A stretch of DNA of 64,000 bases, taken from NCBI GenBank assembly GCA_965223335.1, contig OZ244991.1:1920001-1984000 (forward strand). Reading direction: 5' to 3'. This DNA is from Thermodesulfobacteriota bacterium. GTDB lineage: Bacteria > Desulfobacterota_D > UBA1144 > Nemesobacterales > UBA2774. A program made the position numbers and the translations under genes. Shown here one piece after another: positions 30,309 to 40,276 of this stretch. Each line of letters opens with the position of its first letter. Within the stretch, counting starts at the first letter, position 1. A model generated the notes under the pieces. The model ran no database searches, had not been told where the DNA came from, and saw only the letters and a program-made list of their open reading frames with translations.

Positions 30309-31961
30309 TTGAGAACATTACTATTGCTAATTTTCTGTATAGTTGTAGCCACAGGCACGTTTGCCTGCAAACGCGGGGGTGATGAAGGCCAGGGGTCGGC
30401 AGAGGCCCAGACACAGGTGAGCGATCAAAACACAGGAGAGCCTGTGGACGGGGACTGGCTCATTTATCACCTGAGTGCCGAGCCGGCAACACTTAACCCC
30501 ATTACCGCCACCGATGCTTATGAGAGCAGGATAAACAGCGGTAACATATACGAAACACTGCTCGATAGGGATAACGAGACTTTGGAGCTATACCCGCTTT
30601 TAGCAGAGTCGTGGGAGATCTCGGATGATAAACTCACATACACGTTCAAGTTAAAAAAAGATGTGAAATGGCACGACGGCACACCTTTTACGGCTCTTGA
30701 CATTGTATTTTCATACAAATCTATAATGAACCCAAAGGTAGACTCCCCCCAGCTTAGGGCCTATTACCAGGAGATAAAGGATGTTACGGCCCTCGATGAC
30801 CACACGGTGCGCTTTGTGTACGCGCGTCCGTATTTTCTGGGGCTTGAGTTTTGCGGCGGGATGCCCATAGTGCCTAAACATATTTTTGACGACGGGGATT
30901 TCAACACAAACCCGGCAGGCAGAGACCCCATAGGCACCGGGCCTTATAAATTCGTCAAATGGACAACCGGAAGGGAGATCGCTTTAGAAAAGAACAATGA
31001 CTATTGGGGTGAGAAGCCCAAGCTAAACAGGCTTATTTTTAAGATCATTACGGACAACACGGTGGCTTTTCAGGTGCTTAAGAAACAGCAGCTGGATGTC
31101 TCAGGCCTAACACCTATCCAGTGGGACAAACAGACCTCAAGCCCGTCGTTTAAAAAGAACTTCGACAAGCTCAGCTACTTTACACCCAACTACAGCTATG
31201 TGGGCTGGAACATGAGAAAGCCGTTTTTTGCGGATAAAAGGGTCAGGCAGGCTATGACCCATCTATTGAACAGAGAGCTGATCTTAAAGACCATACTGCT
31301 TGATCTGGGCGCTATTGTCACAAACCCGTTCTATATTAACAGTAAGGAGTATGATAAATCTCTGGAACCCTACCCCTACGACCCTGACACCGCACGCCGG
31401 CTCCTGGATGAAGCAGGGTGGGTAGACAGCAATGGTGACGGTGTGAGGGATAAGGACGGGGTTAAGTTTGAGTTTGAGTTCTTAATCCCAGGCGGCTCAG
31501 AAACCGGGGAGAAGATCGCCACCATATTCAAAGAAGAAGTGGATAAGATGGGGATTAATATGGATATCAGAAAGACAGAGTGGGCTGTGTTCACTACACG
31601 CTTAAACGAGAGAAAATTCGATGCCGTTACCCTCGCATGGTCTATGGGAGTGGAGTCGGACCCTTACCAGATATGGAGCTCTACTCAGGCTAAAAAAGGG
31701 TCCAATTTTGTCGGATTTATAAACGAAGAGGCAGACAAACTCATTGACCAGGCGCGTACAGAGTTTGACAGGTCAAAGAGAATAGAGCTTTACCGCAGGT
31801 TCTCAAAAATAGTGCACGAGGAGCAGCCCTATTCGTTTCTGTTCTGCAGAAAGTCTACAGTGGCTGTAAACAAGAGATTTGAGAACGTGATCGTGCACCC
31901 GCTTGGAATCGATCCCCTTGAGTGGTATGTACCTTTACCACTTCAAATGTATAGCGAGTAA
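30309..31961 (+). CDS. Peptide ABC transporter substrate-binding lipoprotein (family 5)
   Basis: Lipobox TFAC, LAESWEISDD, KWHDGTPFTA and PIGTGPYKF. Probable TTG start at 30309 after GGAG (the ORF track starts at 30258). Confidence 0.92.
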   Translation: MRTLLLLIFCIVVATGTFACKRGGDEGQGSAEAQTQVSDQNTGEPVDGDWLIYHLSAEPATLNPITATDAYESRINSGNIYETLLDRDNETLELYPLLAESWEISDDKLTYTFKLKKDVKWHDGTPFTALDIVFSYKSIMNPKVDSPQLRAYYQEIKDVTALDDHTVRFVYARPYFLGLEFCGGMPIVPKHIFDDGDFNTNPAGRDPIGTGPYKFVKWTTGREIALEKNNDYWGEKPKLNRLIFKIITDNTVAFQVLKKQQLDVSGLTPIQWDKQTSSPSFKKNFDKLSYFTPNYSYVGWNMRKPFFADKRVRQAMTHLLNRELILKTILLDLGAIVTNPFYINSKEYDKSLEPYPYDPDTARRLLDEAGWVDSNGDGVRDKDGVKFEFEFLIPGGSETGEKIATIFKEEVDKMGINMDIRKTEWAVFTTRLNERKFDAVTLAWSMGVESDPYQIWSSTQAKKGSNFVGFINEEADKLIDQARTEFDRSKRIELYRRFSKIVHEEQPYSFLFCRKSTVAVNKRFENVIVHPLGIDPLEWYVPLPLQMYSE

Positions 31962-32048
31962 GACGGGGTCGGTACCTGCTTTGTCGTATTTGCAGCATAT
32001 TTTTTATACTTGTTACCGTAACATCTTAGTTTATTTAATCAAACACCG

Positions 32049-33050
32049 ATGAGAGACTATATAATTAAGCGATTACTATTGGTTATACCTACAATGTTAG
32101 GTATTACTTTAATAACGTTTCTCATCATCCAGATGGCCCCGGGGAGCCCTGTTGAGAGGAAATTGTCGCTGGATGAGGGTATACAGGCCGAAGCGATCAC
32201 ACAGCAGATAGTAGAGGAGACAAAGAAGCTCTACGGTCTTGATAAGCCTATATATGTCAGATACGTGATTTGGCTAAAACAGATCGTTACACTCGATTTC
32301 GGGCGATCGTATAAGGACCACCGCCCCGTGATCGATAAAATTGCTGAGAGACTGCCCATAACCATCACACTTAACCTGATCTCTATCTTCATTGTCTATT
32401 TTATCTCTATACCGCTTGGGGTCTTCTCGGCCGTGAAACACGGTAGTGCTACCGACAGGGTATCTACGTTCTTTTTATTCGTTTTGTATTCGATCCCGAG
32501 CTTTTGGATGGCGATGATACTCATATTCTTTTTGGGTGGGGGGGATTATTACGACATATTCCCTGTGTATGGGATCCTGTCCCCGGGGATGGAGAACGCC
32601 CCTATATATAAAAAGGCTGCGAATTTTCTCTGGCACATTACTCTGCCTGTGGTTTGCCTTTCCTACGGCAGTTTTGCCTATCTGTCCAGGTTTCAAAAGG
32701 GGAGTTTGCTTGAGGTCCTGCGTGAGGACTTCCTGAGAACGGCCAGGGCAAAGGGGCTTCCCCGCTCGACTGTGCTCTTTAAGCATGCGCTTAGAAACGC
32801 ACTCATACCCATCATCACCATACTGGCTGGGATACTGCCTGCTATGATCGGGGGCAGTGTGATTATAGAGAGCATATTTTCTATCCCCGGGCTCGGACAG
32901 CTCGGGTTTGAATCTGTATTGTCGCGTGACTACCCCGTAATCATGGCCATTGCTACTATCTCGGCCATGCTGACTCTAATCGGCATTCTTATATCCGACA
33001 TCGTTTATGTTCTTATAGACCCCAGGATTAGTTTTGAGGCAAGAAATTGA
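32049..33050 (+). CDS. Peptide ABC transporter permease (OppB/DppB-like)
   Basis: YIIKRLL, YGLDKP, EAA loop (DFLRTARAKGL), KHALRNA and RDYPVI. Confidence 0.94.
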   Translation: MRDYIIKRLLLVIPTMLGITLITFLIIQMAPGSPVERKLSLDEGIQAEAITQQIVEETKKLYGLDKPIYVRYVIWLKQIVTLDFGRSYKDHRPVIDKIAERLPITITLNLISIFIVYFISIPLGVFSAVKHGSATDRVSTFFLFVLYSIPSFWMAMILIFFLGGGDYYDIFPVYGILSPGMENAPIYKKAANFLWHITLPVVCLSYGSFAYLSRFQKGSLLEVLREDFLRTARAKGLPRSTVLFKHALRNALIPIITILAGILPAMIGGSVIIESIFSIPGLGQLGFESVLSRDYPVIMAIATISAMLTLIGILISDIVYVLIDPRISFEARN

Positions 33051-34045
33051 CGCAGACCGAAGGCGTAGGATTCTGGAAAACAGTATGGATCAGGTTTAAG
33101 AGAGATAGGTTGGCTCTGGCCGGTCTGGTGATAATTGCAATTTTGTTCGGGGTGGCGGTGTTTCAGGATTTTTTAGCCGGTAATAAACCCATAATAATGA
33201 AGTATGAGGGGAGTTATTACGCACCCGTGTTATTCAGGTATAACGAGCTTGGGGGTGTGGATTTTAAGAAGCTAGATGAAAAGCTACCGGATGGGGATTT
33301 TATGGTCTTTCCCCCTGTGAGGTATAGCCCCACGGAAAACGACCTGTTATCTGTGCTTACACCCCCATCGGAGACCCATCTGTTCGGTACGGACGACAGG
33401 GGGCGCGACGTGCTCAGCCGTATGATACACGGGGCTCGTATCTCGCTCTCGATCGGCTTTGTCGCTGTGGGCATATCCGTGATTATAGGTGTGATACTAG
33501 GTGGGATTGCGGGGTATTACGGGGGGACGATCGATTTTGTCATCTCGAGGCTGTTTGAGGTGATGATGACGTTCCCTGTGTTTTTCCTAATTCTCACTAT
33601 CCTTGCGTTTAGGGACCCGAGTATTTATAACATTATGATTGTAATAGGTGCTACCGGGTGGACGGGAATAGCCCGGCTTGTGAGGGGTGAGTTCCTAAAA
33701 CTTAGGAAATACGATTATGTGCAGGCAGCAGTGGCACTGGGGGGAAAGGACTCGCGGGTGATGTTTAGGCATATGCTGCCTAATGCGCTTGCCCCCGTGC
33801 TTGTGGATGCTACATTCGGTGTTGCGGGCGCAATACTGGTTGAGTCGGGACTTAGTTTCCTAGGGTTCGGTGTGCCGCCTCCCCAGCCGAGTTGGGGAGA
33901 TATTCTTTCGCAGTCCCAGCGCTATGTGGATTTTGCGTGGTGGCTGGTACTGTTTCCGGGGGCTGCGATATTTATTACTATCACTGCGTTTAACTTGGTA
34001 GGTGAGGGGTTTAGGAACTCCATAGACCCGAAGTTTAGGTCGTAA
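33047..34045 (+). CDS. Peptide ABC transporter permease (OppC/DppC-like)
   Basis: [18 protein letters not shown] loop ([10 protein letters not shown]) and [10 protein letters not shown]. Confidence 0.94.
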   Translation: MTQTEGVGFWKTVWIRFKRDRLALAGLVIIAILFGVAVFQDFLAGNKPIIMKYEGSYYAPVLFRYNELGGVDFKKLDEKLPDGDFMVFPPVRYSPTENDLLSVLTPPSETHLFGTDDRGRDVLSRMIHGARISLSIGFVAVGISVIIGVILGGIAGYYGGTIDFVISRLFEVMMTFPVFFLILTILAFRDPSIYNIMIVIGATGWTGIARLVRGEFLKLRKYDYVQAAVALGGKDSRVMFRHMLPNALAPVLVDATFGVAGAILVESGLSFLGFGVPPPQPSWGDILSQSQRYVDFAWWLVLFPGAAIFITITAFNLVGEGFRNSIDPKFRS

Positions 34046-34055
34046 TAAAAACAGC

Positions 34056-35075
34056 ATGACAATGGACCAGGCGAATATGAGCAATGTGTTGGAGATAAAG
34101 GACTTAAGGGTGTCGTTTGCGAATAACGGCGAGAGGGTAGAGGTGGTAAGCGGAGTGTCGTTATCGGTACCTAAAGGCAAGATCATAAGCGTGGTGGGCG
34201 AGAGTGGGTGCGGCAAAACCGTTACGGCACTGTCTGTGATGAGACTCATTGCAGAACCCCCCGGCAGTATTGACAGCGGAGAGGTCATATTCGACGGCTC
34301 TGACCTCCTGAAACTATCCGAAAACGATATAAGGGCGGTGCGTGGCAATAGGATCTCTATGATTTTCCAGGAGCCCATAAGCTCGCTTAACCCCGTGTTT
34401 ACAATAGGGGATCAGATAGGAGAGGTGTTCCGCACACATATGGACATCTCGAAGAGCGAAGAGAGAGAGCGTGTGATCAACCTTTTGGGACTGGTGGGTA
34501 TACCCTCGCCCGAACGCAGGCTCAAGAACTACCCGCATGAGCTGAGCGGAGGGATGTCGCAGAGGGTGATGATCGCTATGGCACTTGCGTGCAGCCCCGA
34601 GCTATTAATAGCAGACGAACCCACCACCGCACTTGATGTGACTATACAGGCTGGGATACTGGACCTAATAAACGACTTGCGGGAGCGTGTGGGTATGGCA
34701 GTGCTGCTGATAACACACGACCTTGGGGTTGTGGCAGAGGTGGCGGACGAGGTATATGTGATGTATGCGGGGGAAATTGTGGAGCATGCCCCAACGCGTG
34801 TACTGTTTAAAGCACCCCGCCACCCTTACACCGTGGGACTGCTTAGCTCCATTCCTGATCTTCATAGCCGAAAGGAAGAGCTTAATGTAATACCGGGTGT
34901 GGTGCCGAGCCCCGGCAACTATCCCAAGGGTTGTCGGTTCCAGGACCGCTGCCCTATGGTGATAGATGTGTGCAAATACGAGGTGCCGCCTCGTGTGGAG
35001 TTTGAGCATAACCATGTGTCAAGCTGTTTTAGGGCCGAGGAAGTTACAATGGATATTAAGGGTAAATCATTATGA
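34056..35075 (+). CDS. Peptide ABC transporter ATPase (OppD/DppD-like)
   Basis: [23 protein letters not shown] and C-terminal GCRF...RCP. Confidence 0.95.
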   Translation: MTMDQANMSNVLEIKDLRVSFANNGERVEVVSGVSLSVPKGKIISVVGESGCGKTVTALSVMRLIAEPPGSIDSGEVIFDGSDLLKLSENDIRAVRGNRISMIFQEPISSLNPVFTIGDQIGEVFRTHMDISKSEERERVINLLGLVGIPSPERRLKNYPHELSGGMSQRVMIAMALACSPELLIADEPTTALDVTIQAGILDLINDLRERVGMAVLLITHDLGVVAEVADEVYVMYAGEIVEHAPTRVLFKAPRHPYTVGLLSSIPDLHSRKEELNVIPGVVPSPGNYPKGCRFQDRCPMVIDVCKYEVPPRVEFEHNHVSSCFRAEEVTMDIKGKSL

Positions 35076-36031
35076 ACCTAATAGATGTAGACAGGCTTGT
35101 TAAGTATTTCCCGATCAAGTCAGGTGTGTTGTCAAGGGTTACGAACCATGTTAAGGCTGTTGATGGTGTGGACATAGATATCGAGGAGGGCGAAACACTT
35201 GGGCTTGTAGGGGAGAGCGGGTGTGGTAAGACCACTCTTGGTAAGACCATACTAAAATTATATGAACCGACTCGGGGAAAGATTGTTTTCGACGGTGTAG
35301 ACATCACTGAGATGAGTCAGTCGGACATGCGAGAGCACCGCAGGAATATGCAGATCGTATTTCAGGACCCCTACGGATCGCTTAACCCGAGGATGAAGGT
35401 AGAGGGAATAGTGGGGGAGGGATTGATTATCCATAAAGTGGGTAGTGCCGGTGAGCGAAGGGAGATGGTCGCAGAGTTGATTGAGACCGTTGGGCTCGGG
35501 CAGGATGCACTCAACCGGTATCCACACGAGTTTAGCGGAGGGCAGCGGCAACGCATAGCTATTGCGAGAGCGCTTGCGCTTAAGCCGAAATTCATAGTGT
35601 GTGATGAGCCTGTATCGGCACTGGACGTTTCTGTGCAGGCGCAGATTGTAAACCTCTTTATGGAGCTTCAGGATAAGTTTGGGCTTACCTACCTGTTTAT
35701 CTCGCATGACCTTCGGGTGGTAAGGCATATTAGTGACAGGGTAGCGGTGATGTATCTAGGCAAGATCGTAGAGCTTGCGGACTCAGAAGAACTCTATACC
35801 AAACCGCTACACCCCTATACAAAAGTACTCATATCCGCTGTACCCGTTGCAGACCCCGACAAAGTTAGGAACAAACTCGAACTGGAGGGTGACGTGCCTA
35901 GTCCGATAAATCCCCCGTCGGGCTGCAGGTTCCACCCCCGATGCCCGTTGGCTGATACTATATGCCGAAGCGAGGAGCCCGAGCTAAGGGATATGGGCGG
36001 GGGGCATATGGTCGCTTGCCATATGGTTTAG
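35072..36031 (+). CDS. Peptide ABC transporter ATPase (OppF/DppF-like)
   Basis: [25 protein letters not shown] and GCRFHPRCP. Confidence 0.95.
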   Translation: MNLIDVDRLVKYFPIKSGVLSRVTNHVKAVDGVDIDIEEGETLGLVGESGCGKTTLGKTILKLYEPTRGKIVFDGVDITEMSQSDMREHRRNMQIVFQDPYGSLNPRMKVEGIVGEGLIIHKVGSAGERREMVAELIETVGLGQDALNRYPHEFSGGQRQRIAIARALALKPKFIVCDEPVSALDVSVQAQIVNLFMELQDKFGLTYLFISHDLRVVRHISDRVAVMYLGKIVELADSEELYTKPLHPYTKVLISAVPVADPDKVRNKLELEGDVPSPINPPSGCRFHPRCPLADTICRSEEPELRDMGGGHMVACHMV

Positions 36032-36049
36032 ACTCGATTTTTTCATAAC

Positions 36050-36077
36050 TTGCAAATGGGTTATCTTGTATTATTAT
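36050..36077 (+). promoter_or_regulatory. Putative sigma70 promoter for yceD-rpmF-fab operon
   Basis: TTGCAA-16nt-TATTAT. Confidence 0.45.
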
Positions 36078-36080
36078 TAA

Positions 36081-36096
36081 AATCCAATATTGGATT
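36081..36096. repeat. Perfect 16-bp palindrome (candidate operator)
   Basis: AATCCAATATTGGATT equals its own reverse complement and lies immediately downstream of the putative -10. Confidence 0.7.
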
Positions 36097-36103
36097 GGTG
36101 TGA

Positions 36104-36631
36104 TTGGTTAGTGAGATGAAAATCAGAATCGGCGATATTAAGGAAAACGGTATTAGTATAAACACCGTGAGGGACGCCGAGTGGCTTGTGAACCTGCCTG
36201 AGCTGCAGGCTGGGGGCGGTGACACAAGACTTAAATCCGATATTGATGTTGAGTTACAAGTAGAAAAGGTGTTAAGAGAGGTACATGTAAGCGGTTGTCT
36301 CAAATACACCATCTCTACGCGCTGTGCCAGGTGTCTTGAGTTTGTGGACAAAGAGCTAAGGCCGGAGATAAACCTGATTTTGTCGCCCGGGGATAAGCTA
36401 GAGGAAACTGACAAGGATCTTGACCACGAGCTCTATGAGACTGAAGAGATTGATATAAGCAATTACATTCGGGAGCAGATAGCAATCTCGCTGCCGTTTA
36501 AAGTGATATGCGAGGAGAGCTGTAAAGGGCTTTGCTCTAACTGCGGGACTAATTTGAACACGGGTGAGTGTAGGTGTGATAACGATTGGGTAGACCCGCG
36601 ATTTGCAATTCTTAAGAATATTAAGGTATAA
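36104..36631 (+). CDS. DUF177/YceD family protein
   Basis: CARCL, CEESCKGLCSNCGTNLN and DPRFAILK. Canonical position before rpmF. Confidence 0.92.
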   Translation: MVSEMKIRIGDIKENGISINTVRDAEWLVNLPELQAGGGDTRLKSDIDVELQVEKVLREVHVSGCLKYTISTRCARCLEFVDKELRPEINLILSPGDKLEETDKDLDHELYETEEIDISNYIREQIAISLPFKVICEESCKGLCSNCGTNLNTGECRCDNDWVDPRFAILKNIKV

Positions 36632-36653
36632 GTTTATAAGGGAGATTTATGAT

Positions 36654-36845
36654 ATGGCACTTCCAAAAAGAAAACATTCAAAATCTAGATCAAAAAAGCG
36701 CAGGACCCATTACAAGCTCAGTAGTCCCGGGCTTTCTTTGTGTCCCAGTTGTGGGGAGCTAAAAGCACCTCATAGGGTTTGCCCAAGCTGCGGTTTCTAT
36801 AAGGGCAGGACATTTATAAAAGAGCAGGAAGAAGATCTTACTTAA
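36654..36845 (+). CDS. rpmF: 50S ribosomal protein L32 (Zn-ribbon form)
   Basis: MALPKRKHSKSR...CPSCG...HRVCPSCGFYKG. Start at ATG 36654 after GGGAG. Confidence 0.97.
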   Translation: MALPKRKHSKSRSKKRRTHYKLSSPGLSLCPSCGELKAPHRVCPSCGFYKGRTFIKEQEEDLT

Positions 36846-36881
36846 CTTTTTCGTAACTTTAGCTCAAAGGTATCTAACAAA

Positions 36882-37814
36882 ATGATAGCATTCGTTTTTC
36901 CCGGGCAAGGTTCCCAGTATGTGGGAATGGGAAGTGAGTTGTATGCCGAGTTCTCAGAGGCCAGAGAGTCGTTCGAAGAGGCGAGTGATGTGCTGGGGTT
37001 TGATCTAGCGGAGCTCTGCTTTCGGGGCAAAATTGAGGACCTCTCTTTAACAGCCAACGCCCAGCCCGCCATACTTACCACCAGTATAGCATCGCTTAGG
37101 GTATTAGAGCGCGAGATGGATATCACACCCGATTATGTAGCCGGGCACAGCCTGGGTGAGTATAGTGCACTGGTTGCTAACGGTGCACTTAATTTTGGTG
37201 ACGCTGTTCATGTAGTGAGAAAGAGGGGCGAGTTTATGCAGGATGCAGTGCCGGTAGGTATTGGGGCGATGGCCGCGATCTTAGGACTTGAGAGTGGTGT
37301 TGTGTACGATATATGCAACGAAATTGCCGTAGATGGACAGGTAGTGAGCGCCGCTAACCTGAACGCTCCGGGACAGATTGTAATATCGGGCAATAAAGAG
37401 GCTGTGGACAAGGCCGCTTTGCGCGCCCAGGAGGCAGGGGCGAGGAGGGTTGTACCGCTAGATGTAAGTGCTCCTTTTCACTGCGAACTAATGAGGCCTG
37501 CTGCCAAGCGTCTGGGTGAGGAGCTCGAATCCATTGAGGTAAACGAGTTTCAGGTGCCGATAGTGTGTAATACTGATGCCGGGATTAACCGTGACCGCAC
37601 GAGCGTAAAACCAAAGCTTGTGGACCAGGTGGTTAATGCTGTAAAATGGGATGAATCAGTTATTTTATTAGCGAGCGAGGGCGTGAGTAGGTTCCTGGAA
37701 CTAGGGCCAAAGAACGTGCTCTGCGGATTAATTAAGAGAACACTAAAAGATGTTACCGCAAGGAATATCGATAGACTATCGGAATTAGAGGCGATCAAAG
37801 AAAATGGAATTTAG
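36882..37814 (+). CDS. fabD: Malonyl CoA-ACP transacylase
   Basis: FPGQGSQ, AQPAI, GHSLGEY and VSAPFH. Confidence 0.96.
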   Translation: MIAFVFPGQGSQYVGMGSELYAEFSEARESFEEASDVLGFDLAELCFRGKIEDLSLTANAQPAILTTSIASLRVLEREMDITPDYVAGHSLGEYSALVANGALNFGDAVHVVRKRGEFMQDAVPVGIGAMAAILGLESGVVYDICNEIAVDGQVVSAANLNAPGQIVISGNKEAVDKAALRAQEAGARRVVPLDVSAPFHCELMRPAAKRLGEELESIEVNEFQVPIVCNTDAGINRDRTSVKPKLVDQVVNAVKWDESVILLASEGVSRFLELGPKNVLCGLIKRTLKDVTARNIDRLSELEAIKENGI

Positions 37815-38547
37815 TGATAAAGTTGCTTTAATTACGGGTGCATCGAGGGGAATAGGAAGGGCCGTGGCAAATGACCTGGCATCTAAAGGGGCTATGGTCG
37901 TTATCAATTACACAAGTAATGAGAGTGCTGCAAACAAGGTGCTCGGTGAGATTGAAAAATGCGGCGGGAAAGCAACCATTTGCAGGTTTGATGTATCTAA
38001 TCACGAAAGTGTAAATGAGAACATAGAAAAAATTATTGATGAGTACGGTAGTGTGCATATACTGATTAATAACGCCGGAATTACACGTGACACACTGCTG
38101 CCCAGGATGAAAGAGACTGATTGGGACGAGGTGATGTCGGTTAACCTAAAGGGTGTGTTTAACTGTACAAAAGCAGTGACCAGAGGGATGATGAAACAGA
38201 GGTACGGCAGAATAGTCAATATTACATCTGTGGTAGGCGAGATGGGTAACGCCGGTCAGACAAACTACTCTGCCACCAAAGCTGGGATTATCGGGTTTAC
38301 CAAATCCGCTGCTAAGGAACTCGGCTCTAGAGGTATAACGGTAAATGCCGTGAGCCCGGGTTTCATAGATACGGATATCACAAAGGATCTACCCGATAGC
38401 CTTAAGCAGCGGTATATTCAGGGAATACCGCTTGGCCGGTTTGGTGAGCCCGAGGATATCTCGGGTGTAATATCGTTTCTGGTTTCAGACAATGCATCGT
38501 ATATAACCGGCGAGGTGATAAGAGTTAACGGTGGTCTATATACATAA
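37804..38547 (+). CDS. fabG: 3-oxoacyl-ACP reductase
   Basis: TGASRGIG, NNAGITRD, NYSATK and operon context. Confidence 0.96.
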   Translation: MEFSDKVALITGASRGIGRAVANDLASKGAMVVINYTSNESAANKVLGEIEKCGGKATICRFDVSNHESVNENIEKIIDEYGSVHILINNAGITRDTLLPRMKETDWDEVMSVNLKGVFNCTKAVTRGMMKQRYGRIVNITSVVGEMGNAGQTNYSATKAGIIGFTKSAAKELGSRGITVNAVSPGFIDTDITKDLPDSLKQRYIQGIPLGRFGEPEDISGVISFLVSDNASYITGEVIRVNGGLYT

Positions 38548-38575
38548 GATAGATACAAAATAAGGAGGTTGTATT

Positions 38576-38824
38576 ATGGCGACACAGGATCAGGAAATCC
38601 TAACTAAAGTTAAAGAGATGGTAGCTAGTCAGCTAGGTAAGACCGAAGATGAAATTACTCCGGAATCATCGTTCCTCGAGGATCTTGGAGCCGATTCGCT
38701 TGACCTGGTAGAGCTCATAATGTCTATGGAAGATGAGTTCGGTCTAGAGATTTCGGACGAGGAAGCCGAGGGTATTGTAACGGTGCAGGATGCAATTAAT
38801 TTCATCGTGGAGCGTAAAAAATAA
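38576..38824 (+). CDS. acpP: Acyl carrier protein
   Basis: DLGADSLD phosphopantetheine site, acidic 82-aa protein. Confidence 0.97.
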   Translation: MATQDQEILTKVKEMVASQLGKTEDEITPESSFLEDLGADSLDLVELIMSMEDEFGLEISDEEAEGIVTVQDAINFIVERKK

Positions 38825-40056
38825 TGAAAAGAAGGGTGGCAGTGACTGGGGTAGGATTGGTAACCCCCATTGCGGTAGGCAATGAGGGTACTTGGGGCGG
38901 TCTGCTCGAAGGCAAGTCGGGTGTAAAACGTATCTCTAGGTTTGACCCGTCTGAGCATAAAACACAGATTGCCGGGCAGATCGACGGTTTTTCTCCGGAC
39001 GAGTTTATGAACCCTAAAGAGGCCAGAAAAACCGATACGTTTATACAATATGCTGTCGCCTCGGCAAAGATGGCTTTGGACGATGCAGGATTGGAAATTA
39101 CCGATGAGCTCTCGCCCAGGACAGGCACTATTATCGGGTCCGGTATAGGTGGTATGGAGACTTACTACAATACCGTAATCACGCTTGAGAATAAGGGGCC
39201 GGGCCGTTTATCCCCGTTCTTTATACCCAACGTTATAAATAATATGGCTGCGGGATATGTCTCGATATTTTTTAACGCCAAAGGGCCCAACTGTTGTACC
39301 ACTACCGCATGCGCTGCTAGTGCTCATGCAATTGGGTACGCAACCCTCGCTGTGCAGAGGGGGGACGCCGATATAATGATTGCAGGCGGCTCGGAAGCCC
39401 CGCTAATCCCGCTTACAATTGCGGGTTTTAACGCCATGAGGGCACTGTCTACGAGCAACGATGAGCCCGAGCGCGCATCTCGCCCGTTTGATAAGGATCG
39501 TGACGGGTTCATTATAAGTGAGGGTGCTGGGATGCTTATTCTAGAAGACCTGGAAACCGCTAAAAAGCGGGGGGCCAGGATCTATGCAGAGATTCTGGGC
39601 TATGGGATGAGCGGTGATGCGCACCACATAACGTCTCCGTCATTAGAGGGGCCGTTAAGCTGTATGCAGGCAGCGCTTAAGGACTCGGAACTTAACCCAG
39701 AGGACATAGACTATATTAATGCGCACGGTACATCCACACAGCAAAACGATGTAAATGAGACCAACGCTATAAAGACGCTTTTTGGGGACAGGGCGCATCA
39801 GATCCCGGTAAGCTCTACAAAGTCGATGACCGGACACCTGCTGGGTGCTGCCGGTGCTGTTGAGGCCGCATTCTCGGTCTTTGCGCTTGACCAGGGAGTG
39901 ATCCCACCCACAATTAATCTGGACAACCCCGACCCTGAGTGTGATCTGGATTACGTACCGCACGAAGCACGCCAGCAGAATATTAAAACTCTCCTAAGCA
40001 ACTCGTTTGGTTTCGGCGGCACAAACGTTACTCTTGCTCTCAGGAAATATGAGTGA
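38824..40056 (+). CDS. fabF: Beta-ketoacyl-ACP synthase II
   Basis: TACAA (Cys), NAHGTST, GHLLGAAG and NSFGFGG. Confidence 0.96.
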   Translation: MKRRVAVTGVGLVTPIAVGNEGTWGGLLEGKSGVKRISRFDPSEHKTQIAGQIDGFSPDEFMNPKEARKTDTFIQYAVASAKMALDDAGLEITDELSPRTGTIIGSGIGGMETYYNTVITLENKGPGRLSPFFIPNVINNMAAGYVSIFFNAKGPNCCTTTACAASAHAIGYATLAVQRGDADIMIAGGSEAPLIPLTIAGFNAMRALSTSNDEPERASRPFDKDRDGFIISEGAGMLILEDLETAKKRGARIYAEILGYGMSGDAHHITSPSLEGPLSCMQAALKDSELNPEDIDYINAHGTSTQQNDVNETNAIKTLFGDRAHQIPVSSTKSMTGHLLGAAGAVEAAFSVFALDQGVIPPTINLDNPDPECDLDYVPHEARQQNIKTLLSNSFGFGGTNVTLALRKYE

Positions 40057-40202
40057 GCTCGACTATTGCCTTATCGTATAAATGGTCTACATCCACATCT
40101 TTAGTTCGATACAGATATGTATCTATAGGTTTTAGCCTCTAGTCCTAAAATCAAGAAAGACTGCTAAACCCGATCTATCCACACACTTTCGGTCACCGTT
40201 TC

Positions 40203-40230
40203 TTGATTTGTTCATATATCACAGTACAAT
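40203..40230 (+). promoter_or_regulatory. Putative sigma70 promoter for acnA
   Basis: TTGATT-16nt-TACAAT. SD AAGGAG precedes the start. Confidence 0.5.
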
Positions 40231-40276
40231 GATTGGCTGAATTTCCCATTCCATCCATGATAATAAGGAGTTTATT

